This document shows, in pieces, positions 51,176 through 63,896 of a DNA stretch of 64,000 nt (positions are counted from its first letter, which is position 1; the number at the start of each line of letters is the position of its first letter). The DNA is taken from the NCBI GenBank assembly GCA_021613535.1, contig CP075497.1, forward strand, positions 12,958,001 through 13,022,000. Direction: 5' to 3'. The position numbers and the translations under genes were made by a program. The notes beneath the pieces are model-generated. The model did not search any database, was not told the DNA's origin, and saw only the letters and a program-made list of their open reading frames with translations. The stretch is from Adineta vaga. Lineage: Eukaryota; Animalia; Rotifera.

Positions 51176-53362
51176 GATATGTTTGTTAATGTAAATGACT
51201 GTGAATCCGCTAGGTATTGCAGAGAAACCATTTCTATTTATACGTCTATGTGAAATTTTACTTCCTAGGTAGACGTATTTTATGATTCATAAAAGGCGTC
51301 AACATACAACAAAATATTCTTTGAAAAATTCCAACTTACTACTTCCTTTTGTTTACTTTCATACACTTTATACTTCCAAGAAAATTAAGCCATTAAAAAT
51401 ACGTGAGGGTGCCACTTTCTTGAGATAAAAAACAGTTAAATTCAAATGAATAATAAAATGTGGAATTTAGATTTCAATTTCTTAAATCAGGATCAGGATA
51501 TGGAACTTGATGATTCATAAAATTTGTTGCATTAAAATTCACTGATGGGATAGAAATTCCAAAATTTGTTTTGATTGAACTTTGTCGAATTGGATCAATC
51601 ACTTTTATTTTTGGTGGTAGTCATGGCAATCGAGCAGCAGGCAATGTTGAATTAAACATTTTTGTGGTATCAATTAATGTTTTCTACCTCATATCTTCAA
51701 ATAAACTCCATGATCCTGATAATTCTATATCACTTGCACCCGTTACATACCACAATTAAGTATTTCAAATCCAAATCGATACTAACCATTTAAATATATT
51801 TGACATATTTCACTCATTCGTCGATGTCAAGTAACGTTTATTTTTTGCTTCTAATGAACAATGTTAACATCCACAAGATAAATCAGCTCCTCCTTCATAC
51901 GCGTAAACAGTTGATTTATACCAAGCAGTATAAATGCCATGAACATCAAGAGGTTCTTGTTGACTGCAACCTCATTTCTGATAAGAATCTTTTCATACTT
52001 GAATTAAGTATATCCAATAAGTACCTGATCAGTTGTTAAATTTGACCAACTTCGATATTTTCCCAATATAATGAAGAAATGTTGATGCAGTGCACCATAT
52101 TGATCATTTAAATAATCTAAATCAGTCATAATAACATGTGGTCTATCAGTTTGACCAGCTAAAATTGGTCGAATTTGTTTCCATAAACCGACATTTTCAT
52201 AACCAAATATACTTTTATATAAATCGATAAACTATCAATTGTTGAAATAGTTTTCATCCATATCAAGATTATTTGTATTTGTAGCTATGACTACACTAAA
52301 ATCATTCATAGGCCATCCATGTGATAGGATTCAATGTTGAAATTAATATAAACCACATCATTGATTATCAATATTGAAGAAAATATCTTATGTGATATAG
52401 ATCATTTGATTTCTTTTTTAATCGAGTAATTTTAACTAAATCCCTTTTTATTGACATATTAGTTTTGTTTGTTTTTTATTTTAAACGATTGAAAGAAGAA
52501 ATGATTTCAATATTATAATCACAAGTATCAAGTGTGAATATCTTTCGCAAAGAAGATTGTTCAAAGGAACTTTTAAGCTAATCTATTTGAAGAGACGCGA
52601 TGAAAAGTTGAATTTATGATGCAGCACTCGTCAGCATAAACTATTAACCCTCAATTTATTTCGTTTTCCTGATATACAAACTTCAGAGAGGAAATTCCTA
52701 TTACAGTATTGCTAATTGATTGCAATCAGCTTTTCACATTCTTAATTTGTCATAGACAATTAATATCAATTAAAAGTGAGAAAGAAAACGATGTATATTC
52801 GATGAAATCAACGCTCTTCCTCGAATTGTGACAGACAACTCTCTTTGCTGGAACTCCTCTCTCGTAACGATCAATGACTGAAGAAGCTCCTGCAAAAGTG
52901 ATTGCTGTTGATGGTGCTACATCATCACCTGTAACAGCAATCACTTCCGTTATTTACAAACGTTCACAAAAAGTTCTACTGAAAAAAATTCAACAACTAT
53001 TTTTCCAATTTCTAGTTAATTTCTTTTTAAAAATTAGTTCAATGCTTTTATTTTTCTTTCTTTTAGTCGATCTATTCAATTTAGTTAAACCATAAGAATA
53101 ATCAAGTACATTGAATGGCACGCCTAACTGAAAATGCAATAGAAGACGTCCCATATTAAAATAAAATATTTTCCCAATAATAAGTGATACAATATAAGAA
53201 GAAAACAAAATATAATAATTGTCTGGCCAATAAGGCGAGAATACGTGAGAATGAAATTATGAATGTCATATTCGTTCCTATCGTATACCATATGATATAC
53301 GAAATGTTCTTGGTATAGAATCAAAATGTTTATGAATAGGTCACCTTTCCTGTTGCTAAGTT

Positions 53363-55803
53363 TTAATTGTGTAAAAGTACAAATATGTTTTCTTTCCAGG
53401 TATCCAGAGCAATGATATCAACTTTGTTGTCACCATTTAGATCAACAACTACCAATATATCTTGCTCTCCACCAACGTAATACACGGTGTGCAGCAGATA
53501 TGTATCGTTACCGGAGTTAAAAAATACTTCGATAACGGTTTCGTCGTCATTACCAACTATTATATCGAGTAGATTATCGCCATTTACATCAGCTACAGCT
53601 AATGATGTCGGAAAAAAAACAGTCGAGTAGATGGCGTGATGAAGGAAAGTCCCGTTGCCTAAGTTCAATAAAATTTCTATAGGGTAACCCTCATCATAAC
53701 CGTCATCGCTCGCCAGAACAATATCAGGTGCTTTGTCGCCGTTGAGATCTATTACTACTAATGATTCTGTGTAATTAACGGAGTAATTAGTAGGAGAAAG
53801 AAAAGTACCATTGCCTAAGTTCAATAAAATGTCAACGTTGCCGTGATCCTTGTTAACATTACTATCGGTTGCAATAATAATATCAGGTGCACCATCGTTA
53901 TTAAGATCTTTTATTTCTATTAACGTTGGATCGCTAACAGGATAGGAAATAGGAGAGAGAAATGTGCCATTACCCAGATTCAATAAAATGCCAATTCTGT
54001 TGTCATACTCGAATGCAATAATAATATCAGGTGCAGTATCGTTATTAAGATCCATTAGTACCAACGATGTTGGTTTATTATTAAGAGAATAATTAGTTGA
54101 GGAAATAAAAGTACCGTTGCCTATGTTCAATAAAATGTTGACGTGTTTATCATAGTCGCTTGCAATAACAATATCAGGTGCTTTGTCATCATTGAGATCC
54201 TTTACTGCTAATAACGTTGAACTGATTTCGAGATGATAATTAGTAGGAGAAAGAAAAGTACCATTGCCTAAGTTCAAGAAAATGTCAACGTTGCCGTGAC
54301 CCTTGTTAACATTACTATCGGTTGCAATAATAATATCAGGTGCACCATCGTTATTAAGATCCATTACTACCAACGATCTTGGTTCCTTCTGAAGATGATA
54401 AGCAGCGAAAGAAGGAAAGGTACCATCTTTTTTATTGAGAAAAACGTAGATTCGATACGGAGATTCGCCCGCGACAACAATATCAGGTCTTTTGTCTCCA
54501 TTCAGATCAATTACTGTCAAAAAATATAATTGACTTTCAGTTTTATAAACAACTGAATGAAGAAATATGAGACTGCGTAGCTGAAGACATTGAACTTCTT
54601 TCGTCTCTAAAATAAAATAAATATTATTATTTATGACAGAACATCTATTATTACTTCAGTATTTTACATATCAGTGTTAATTCTACTTTGAAAAAGAGAA
54701 GAATAAAATAAATATAGGAAAAATCATTTTTACTCGAAATATTACAATTTGAAATAGATTATTCTATAGGACATGAGAAACGTTTACAATGTCATGTAAC
54801 TTACTTGGTAAAAGATTCAATAAAAGTGACGCTAAAATCGTTCGTTTATTTCTAATAAATTTCACATAAGATAATGTTCGATTACCAACATCATTGTCAT
54901 TGAATGTTAATGTAATATTCGTATTTGAACCAGAAAAGATCACATTTTTATCTAACATCCACATACAAGTAGCATCCAATGGACATTTAATCGATACAGT
55001 ATATACGTTCGAAATTGAACCAACAGTAAATACAGTTGATCCACTGATTATTCCTTTTGTAAAATCTGAAGAAACAAAATATTTAATAGTTAATTCATTT
55101 TAAAATATTTACTATTTCTTACCAATCGATTTTCCTATCGATGAAGGTGAAAAATGAAAGAAAAGATTATGTAAATCAAAATTTGAATTTGATTGTAAAT
55201 TCAATAGACATTTTGCATAAGAAAATTCGAATCCATTGTATAAGATATTTATAAGATGTCCAAGATCATGAGGATATGAATTATATTGTATTGGATTACC
55301 AAAATTATCAACTATGATATTATCATATTGATCAAAGAAACTAATTTGTATATTATTAATTAATTTAAAAGATGTTGATTCTCCAATTAATATTCTATCA
55401 TTACAATAAGACATTATATCCGGACTAAATCGAACTTCATATAGATTTCCTTCTAATCGATTATCAACTATAGTATGTGATATATCTGCGTATGATACAG
55501 CATCAGGAGGATATGTATTTTCCCATAAACTTCTCGGATTATCTAAATATATAATAGAGAAAAGAAAAAAAGAAGAATGAGAATCATTATTAGTTTATTA
55601 CTGATGAAATTATCATCACCATTTGATAATGGAGAAAAATCAAGAAGATTTGTTTCCAATTCATCACCATAAACAGTAACAATCTGATAAATGATAAATA
55701 TGATAAATAAATATTTCATTGGCATAATTCTTACTGAATAAATTGATAGAAAAATCAACAAACTAAGAAATACCAAAGCCATATGGCTAAAACAAGACGA
55801 CAT
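53363..55803 (-). CDS. Secreted or membrane protein: unknown N-terminal domain + FG-GAP/VCBS beta-propeller, 4 exons
   Basis: Exons 55803-55602, 55542-55123, 55065-54805, 54606-53363 splice in frame (phase 1). Eight D[LV]N.D..[PLV]DI repeats; hydrophobic N-terminus. Confidence 0.8.
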
Positions 55804-56488
55804 TGTTGATAATAAATGATCGGAATTTGTTTGAATTCGAATATAAAGAATAACAGACGTGATGTTGAGATTGATTCGATATATTCTGGTTTAAAATAAT
55901 AGTCTTTCTTATAGATAATTTAATTTAATACATCGATAGCAATATGTAGAGAGAGAGAGAGAGAAACTAGTAACACGTATTGTTCTTATTAGAAAAAAAA
56001 ACAATGTAACGTTTGTTTTCTGTTTAATAACATTTTGAATTTGTTTTGAGATAAGAATAAAAATCTGTTTTTGTTCTTTTCTCTTTTTTCATATGTATAG
56101 AAATAGAAGAATATTATATTCATTTTCTAAAACATCAGAGAATTATTCAATGTTATTTTATTTCATTTACCAATATTTCGATAACATTGTACTGTTAATA
56201 TTATAAACTTATATCTTCACAAAAATGAAAACAAAAGAAAAATCTAATAAACAATATGCTTATCAGTATTCTATTCTAGTTAGACAAATGTTTTTTAAGA
56301 TAAAACTTCCCATCATGCTGATAGTGTGATATATGAAAGCGAATAATTATATTTCGAAACTTATAACAGGACTAGAAAAATATCATTTTCATTATTTTCG
56401 GAGAAAAAAACTCTTCGCAATAGCATTTACTAAACGTTTCGAGTGTCGACTATAGAGCACAAGACATCTTTACGAGCGTGCTCGAAAA

Positions 56489-58465
56489 ATGGTATCATCT
56501 ATTGTTTTACCAATATATTCTCTTGTGTGGATTGATGCTGCTGTTCATTTGGATGAGATTTGTTACGTTCAGCAACAATTGCGTTCTACTTGTAATCATG
56601 TGAAATTATTTGAAAATGATGATGAATGTAAAATGTACATTCAACAATCGAAAGATAATGAAATTCTATTGATTATTGGTGAACAATCTGGATCTATTCT
56701 TATTCCTCTTATTCATTCATTGAGACCAATCAATTCGATATATATCTATGGCACAAATTTAAATAAACGTTTAGAATGGGCACGAAAATTTATCAAAGTT
56801 CCAACAGTTATTAGAAATGTAGATGAACTAATCGAAAAATTTCAAAAAGATCAAGAAAAACGAGTAAGATTTGCTCATGAACCTTTACCAGTGAGTATAT
56901 TTAATTTGAATCATAATGAAGAACGTTCATCAACAAATATCAACGGTGGTTTTCTTCATTTTCAATTATTTATCGATGGTCTACTTCATTGTCAATATAA
57001 TCAGTCAGATAGAAATGCATTTTTCGATCTATGTGAAAAAGAATATGTAAACAATGACACACAATTGTCTACACTTCAACAATTCAAAGACTCTTATGTT
57101 CCAGAAAAAGCTCTCTATTGGTATACACGAGATATATTTATCTATCGAATACTTAATAAAGCTTTACGAGTCCAAAACACACATATTTTATTTCAATTTC
57201 GATTTTTTATTCAAGATATGTATATACAACTGAAAAAATTACAACATCAACAAGATCAAATACCAATTCGTGTTTATCGAGGTCAACTATTGTCAAAACA
57301 AGAATTGGATGTTTTAAAAACATCTAAAGGACAATTAATATCAATGAATTCATTTCTATCGACAACTCTCGATCGACAAATGTCTCTTTTCTTTGTTTCA
57401 TCTAAAGATGATGATCTTTGTCGTGTTTTATTCGAAATCAACATTGATCCTCAAGTATCTTCTATATCAAAGCCATTTGCTAACATTAGTTCACAAAGTC
57501 ATTTTGCAGATGAACAAGAAATTCTCTTTATGATTGCGTCAACATTTCAAATGATTGATATTAGTCAAGAAAATGAACTTACTATCATTAAAATGAATTT
57601 ATATAATGAAAATTATGGTCGCAATGTGAAACTTCTTTTTGAACATATGCAAAAAGAAATTGGAATAGATAATGAATGTTTATCACTTGGTCATATATTG
57701 CGAAGGGCAGGAATGTATGATAAAGCTGAAGAATTTTATAATCGAAAATTAAATGAATTAGGAAATGATCATCCATTGATCGCTGATCTGTATGGTTCAA
57801 TAGGTTTAGTAAGAAAAGCAAAAGGAGATATAGAAATTAGTTCTCAATGGTTCAATAAAGCTTTTGAAATGTACACATGTATGGGAGATAATCGTGGAAT
57901 TGCAACTTGTTTACAGGATTTAGGTGATATTGAACGAATGAAAGGAAAATTTCATGAAGCAACTAAAAATCAGCATCAAGCATTGCATATATTTAAAACA
58001 TTGTTAGGAAATCAAAATGAGTCAGTTGCTAATTGTTTGAATAATTTAGGTGTTAATCATTTTCAACAAGAGCAGTTTACTCAAGCGATTGAATGTTATA
58101 TGAATGCATTGAATATTCGAAAAACAATTTTACCACACATCCATCCTGATATTGCACGATCATTAAATAATATTGGTAATGTTTATTTTTCAAGCAATAA
58201 ATATGATCAAGCTCTTCACTATTTCAGACAAGCATTAGATATCTTTGAAATATCGTTACCATCTGAACATCCATCTATTGCACAAACTTATTACAATATG
58301 GGTTTAACATATTTAAAAAATAGCGATTATCAACGATCGTTAATCTTTGTCAATCGAGCAGTTTCTATTTATCAAAATACACTTCCATCAGATCATATAG
58401 AAATTAAGCGTTGTATCAGTACTATAGATTATATCAAACAAAAATATTCTCAAATAGAAAAATAA
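56489..58465 (+). CDS. ADP-ribosyltransferase (ARTC-type R-S-E) + TPR protein, intronless
   Basis: ALYWYT, ILNKALR, VYRGQ, FLSTT, DEQEILF, then kinesin-light-chain-type TPRs (HPDIARSLNNIG). Confidence 0.9.
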   Translation: MVSSIVLPIYSLVWIDAAVHLDEICYVQQQLRSTCNHVKLFENDDECKMYIQQSKDNEILLIIGEQSGSILIPLIHSLRPINSIYIYGTNLNKRLEWARKFIKVPTVIRNVDELIEKFQKDQEKRVRFAHEPLPVSIFNLNHNEERSSTNINGGFLHFQLFIDGLLHCQYNQSDRNAFFDLCEKEYVNNDTQLSTLQQFKDSYVPEKALYWYTRDIFIYRILNKALRVQNTHILFQFRFFIQDMYIQLKKLQHQQDQIPIRVYRGQLLSKQELDVLKTSKGQLISMNSFLSTTLDRQMSLFFVSSKDDDLCRVLFEINIDPQVSSISKPFANISSQSHFADEQEILFMIASTFQMIDISQENELTIIKMNLYNENYGRNVKLLFEHMQKEIGIDNECLSLGHILRRAGMYDKAEEFYNRKLNELGNDHPLIADLYGSIGLVRKAKGDIEISSQWFNKAFEMYTCMGDNRGIATCLQDLGDIERMKGKFHEATKNQHQALHIFKTLLGNQNESVANCLNNLGVNHFQQEQFTQAIECYMNALNIRKTILPHIHPDIARSLNNIGNVYFSSNKYDQALHYFRQALDIFEISLPSEHPSIAQTYYNMGLTYLKNSDYQRSLIFVNRAVSIYQNTLPSDHIEIKRCISTIDYIKQKYSQIEK

Positions 58466-58592
58466 TAAATAAAAGATTATATTTATTGACGTGCATCTGT
58501 TACCTGGACAAAATTTAGAATGAAATAAACTACAAGTCTAGAGCTATCAGCTATTATAGTTATGTCGATAAGAATGTTTTTGCACTGTTTAT

Positions 58593-58718
58593 TTAACCGG
58601 TTCTCATATATCCATTTGGAACATCGGCAAGAAAATTTTGTACGGTCATAAAATCAGGCCAACCTTGTTGTCCTCCTTGCTGTTGTCCACCTGATGTTGG
58701 TGAAGGCGGCACATCCAT
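58593..58718 (-). CDS. 41 aa small ORF
   Basis: MDVPPSPTSGGQQQGGQQGWPDFMTVQNFLADVPNGYMRTG*; GC-elevated relative to flanks; splice-acceptor-like site upstream. Confidence 0.4.
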   Translation of the reverse strand: MDVPPSPTSGGQQQGGQQGWPDFMTVQNFLADVPNGYMRTG

Positions 58719-59350
58719 TGTCAAAATTTTTCTTTCTTTTTGTTATTATTTATTCTAAAAGAAACGAGAATTGTGACTCTACTGTTTTAAATATATCAGG
58801 TCGCTCGTTCTTGGCAAATATCGGAACGAGAGATCTTCTAGTCTATTTTATCTTTCTTAAGTGTGATATTTTCTAAAATAGACTGTTAATAAACGATTTT
58901 GTTTACCTATACTCTTCCATTTCTTAATAAAGTCTTATCGTCCTATAATAAAAAAAGAAAATCTTGTTAAGGAAGAGTCATCTCAAAATAATATAGACAC
59001 ATTCCTTGTATGTCGATATCACCCATAACAGAACTATCATGACTATGGTAACTATATTCTGTTTAATTACACTGAAAAAAAAGAATGATTTTCGTCTTTT
59101 TCTCCATCATATATAACATGTTTTACTTGACGTTTATTACCAGATAAATACATGAAATACGAGTTTATTTCCATGTAATAGAGATTATACGCTCAAATAA
59201 ATACTTCAATATGTCTACTTTTATGATATCATAAATCTTATGCAAAGTATGATATATCTGGATAAACAAGTAGCCATGACAATTTTTATATTTACTAGTA
59301 AAAATTCATCTAATGGTATCATCCGAATTTGTTGCCAATTAACGATAATC

Positions 59351-59395
59351 TTGGGGGTGTCGATGAATAAGAGATACCTTGACCCACACGCTCAA
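59351..59395. repeat. Telomere-like hairpin element
   Basis: TTGGGGGTGT...CCCACACGCTCAA. Confidence 0.5.
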
Positions 59396-59906
59396 TTAAA
59401 AAAGCAAAATATAAATTGAAAATCTTGAATGTTTAAACGGATCAGATGAAATTGGATTTGAATCAAGAGATCTATCTTTTAAATGTTAATGTGTTCATCA
59501 AATTCGTGGATATCAAAGAATTTTAAAGTCAACTCCGACATAAATATATAGCGCGGGTTATTTTCCAATAAATTATATTACTCATTTTCATCTTCTCTTC
59601 AAGTTAGTGTTTCGTCTACATGCTCATAATCAATAATGAAATAATTTCAATCGTATGAAAGAATGAGTGAGTGAGTTTTCGTTTTGCATGAGTACACTAA
59701 TGAGGAAAAAACTTACGCGATGACGAATCGTACTTCCTTTACTTGTTTTACTCACATTGAAAAATTAGTAATTTGGTTTCTTCGATGTTTTTCATTAACT
59801 ACTTTTGTCGAAGAAAATAAATCAAATATTTCTTATATAAATGATAGGAAACTTCGTTTCTTTCGTATAGTCAAATTGGTATAATTTATTTTTGTTTTAG
59901 AAAATC

Positions 59907-62900
59907 ATGGAAATATCATCATGCAATGAAGAAGAAATATATGAAAATGAAGATAATGGAATTGTTATTTGTTTGCATCCAGATGATAAAATAGTAGATT
60001 TCAAGGAACAATTGTATCAATTTAATCGTTCGATTATTTATCATACTAACGTGAATTCCTGTGTTAATTTCATTGAATCAATTAAAAAACGCAAAATCCT
60101 TCTAATTATATCGCATTTATTCATGTCCGAAATTCTCTCTCATATTGATATTTTTCATCAAGTTGGTTTTATCTTTATATTTTGTTCGAATATTGATGAA
60201 TATAAATATATTTTTCATGAACAATTAAATATCATCGGTATCTATACTAAATTCAATCTTTTATGTTCATCTATTACTGAACAATTGAATTTAATCGATA
60301 AAGAACATGATCGATGGATTATTTATGATCAAGAAAATGCTTTGTGTACAGATTTATCTCAACAAACCAATAATTTCCTTTGGCTTCAATTGTTTCATCA
60401 AACCATTTGTCATTTTCCATTTCATATACCCACGACAAAACAAAAGATTAAATCATTACGTCTTGCTTGTCGAGAAAACTCCGACGAAATAAAATTCACA
60501 TATCAATTTGTACGAAAGTATCGACCAGTTGATGCTCTTCAATGGTATTTCAATTCTTCATTTCTTCAAAAAGTTATTAATAAAGCAATACAAACAAAAG
60601 ATATTCGTCATCTTTGTCAGTTGGAATATTTTCTTCGCGATCTTATTCAAAGTTTACGTTATGAACATAAGAAAATTGTTCAATCTGGTATAGAAAATTT
60701 CATTTTTCATCACACAATGAAACTGACTCACAGAGAATTTAATCAACTATACGAAAATCAAGGAAAACTTGTCGCTTTTAAAGGATTTCTTCTAGTAAAC
60801 TCGTCAATACATGTCGTTAAAGAAACTGATTTAATTGATGTTCTCTTTGAAATTGAATGTAACGTTAAAGAAGTTAATGACAATGTTACTTTTGTGAGTA
60901 TCACTCAGTTAAATCAAGGATCATGTCAAAATGCTGTTTTATTCGATTTAAATACTACATTTAAATTAGAATATATTCAACAAACGGAACAGATATGGTT
61001 AATTAAATTGACTGTAGTCAATGACGGACCGATTCTAATAGAAAAATATCTTGATGATACATATCGACAAAACAAACACTTAAATATTCCAATTGTATTT
61101 GGTAAATTTATATCTAATATGAATCAATGGGATCAAGCCTATGTATATTTACAACATTTATTCAATTATTCATCTGGTGAAGATTTATTATGGATCGAAT
61201 ATTTAATAGGAGAGACTTTTCATTATAAAGGAGAATTGCATGAAGCACGAATTTATTATGATCGTGCTTATGATCGAATGAATTCTTCTAGTACTAAAGA
61301 TTCATCTGTTATTCTTTCTGATATTGGTAATCTTTTATATTTACAGGGAAAATATGAAGATGCTTATGATTATCATCAACGAGCATTGAGAATTCGACAG
61401 AAATTTTAACCTTCTGATCATCCATATATTGCTACTAGTTTAGAAAATCTTGGTCTTATTCATTTTATATGGTTAAAAACTGGAAAAGCGCGTGTTTTTC
61501 TTGAACAAGCATTAATCATTCGAGAAAAATATTCAAATTATTTCCATATAGATATGGCTCGAACTTTGAATAACATTGGAATGTTTTTAATTCATGGAGA
61601 AAGATATGATGATATACTTGAGTATCAGATACGAGCAATGACTATCTATCAAAAGTATTATCAAACAAATCATGTGTACATTGCAGATACTCTCTGTATT
61701 ATTGGTTATGTTCTCTATCGACAAGAGAAACTTGATGAAGCTCTAAATATTTATCAACGAGCGTTGGTAATATCAAAAAAATTACGTCCATATAATCGTA
61801 TGGAATTTGTGAAGATATTGACCAAAATTGCTCATATAAGGCGTGAACAAAGAATGTATGACGAATCTTTGGAGTTATATCAACAAGCATTAACAATAAT
61901 ACTTAAATATTATCCGTCTTGTCATTTAAATACTAGTTATATTCTCAATTCTATTGGTAGCACATATTTGAACGGAAAGAATAATTGTAGTGAGGCACTT
62001 CGTTTTTATCACGAAGCTCTTACGATTCTAGAGAAATCTTATTAATCCTGTGATGCTTATGTAGCTATCACTCATAACTATATTGGAAACGTTCTACGAA
62101 TTCAAAACAAAATCGGTCAAACTAATATTTCGTACAATCAAGCTCTGACAATACTTGAAAACTACTATTTATCTGACCGCATTGAAGTAACTGCAACTTT
62201 ACTCAAAACTGGCTATATTTTATCGAACCAAGACAAGTTTGACGAGATAATTGCGTTCTATCAACGAGTTTCAAGAATACGGAAAAGAAAGCATTCATCG
62301 AAATATATCGATTTAGTGGCCATTTTTAATAACAATGCATCTGATCAAAGAAGATCTGATGAAGCTCTTGCTCTTTGCCTACAAATTTTAACATTATCAC
62401 ACAGTGATCATTTATCAGATTATATCAACATTGCACATAGTTTCATTCACATAGAAAACTTAGCAAAAGATAAGGAAAACGTTGATAAAGTCATTGAACT
62501 CTATCAACAAGCACTTATGATTCAAAAGAAATATTTCTCTTGTAATCATTCTTGTATTCTTGTTACACTTAATTCTATTGGTAATAGTTATCTCTATCAA
62601 CACAAATATAACCAAGCCTTTACGTATTATCAACAAGAATTAGAAATACGAAGAAAAATACATCAATTTAACAAAAGAAGAATGATCGATAATTTAAATA
62701 AAATTGGAGACGTTCTGAGGAAACAAGAAAAGTATGATGAAGCGTTAGATTATCTTGAGCAAGCATTTGAAATCGGAGAAAAGCATAATTGTTCTGATCT
62801 TATCGAGATTCGATTTACTCTTTTATATATTGGAAACGTTCTATATGATCGACAAAAATATACTGAAGCAACATATTATGAGCGAGCGATGGGTGTGGGT

Positions 62901-63896
62901 GAAAAATACTATCCATTTGATCATATTGATATGGCTACTATTTACTACAATGTTGGTAAGGTTCTTTATAGACGAGGCCTATATAACGCAGCTTTAAGGT
63001 ATCATCAGCAAGCTTTGGCAATTCAGGAAGAATACGGTGATTCATCCGCTCGTATTCAGGTAGCTGATACTTTGCTTTATATAGGTCACATACAATATAC
63101 TACAAGCAGGTCGGGTTGCGAGCTTCGTTCTTATGAAGAATCACTAAAAATCTGAGAGACATGGGATTCATACAATTATGCGGCTATTGCTACTACTCTT
63201 AATACCATTTCTGATGTTTTCTATGAAATAAGGGTTTATGCTGATGCACTTAAGTATCAAGAACGAGTATTAGCGATTCGAGAAAAACATTACACAATTT
63301 CCCACATCACCATTATTGCGAGTCTCATGAGTATTGGTCGGATCAAATTTAAACAACTGGATTGGAATAGAACAATTGATTATTATTCACGAGCAGAAGT
63401 TTTACTGCGAGAATTTCATCCTACTAAGTATGATCAAATCGATACATGTCTGTATTTGATTTCAAAGAGTTGTTATCAAAAAGGATCTGTTGATTACCAA
63501 TGTAAACATCTCGAAAAATGTTTATTAATTAGGGAAGCAAATCTTGCTCCGGAACATTCATCTATTGTTCGTATTCTTTCGAAACTTAGTGAAGCACAAG
63601 CAGATCGAAATCAGCATAGGTTAGCTCTGACATATGAAATGCAATGTTATTTAATACGTGAAAAAGTTTTACCACCAGACGATTCGGATATTGCTTTCAG
63701 TTTATCGTGCATCGGTGAAAGTTATGAGCATCTCAATGAACTAAAACTGGCACTTGAATATTATAAACGAGCATTAATTATTTATCAACAGCAAGAATAT
63801 ATACATATATTCAAAGATTCTATAGAAGAGATGCAAACAAAAATCAAAGAAATTTCAACAAAAATAATTAATAAACCTACGGGACACTTTGTGTAA
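59907..63896 (+). pseudogene. ART-like + long TPR array gene with three in-frame stops and degenerate catalytic motifs
   Basis: All four ORFs share one frame. Stops: TAA 61407-61409, TAA 62043-62045, TGA 63153-63155; the gaps between ORFs are stop-free TPR sequence. Confidence 0.8.

Noticed and set aside
51400-52350. Possible decayed LRR/F-box-like gene on the minus strand
   Set aside because: Too fragmented to support.
52874-53095. MTEEAPAK... small ORF
   Set aside because: Plausible first exon, but no convincing continuation.
5829-59395. CRISPR array or bacterial integron attC/REP sites
   Set aside because: This is eukaryotic intron-containing DNA with no regular repeat-spacer array and no Cas or integrase gene; the comparison is only an analogy.
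62889-62901. TGGGTGTGGGTG motif
   Set aside because: It lies inside TPR coding sequence with no complementary arm, so it is not counted as a hairpin element.
1129-63155. Non-standard genetic code explaining the in-frame stops
   Set aside because: TAA, TAG and TGA all occur, each one base away from a different expected residue, and all three also serve as normal terminators in this window.
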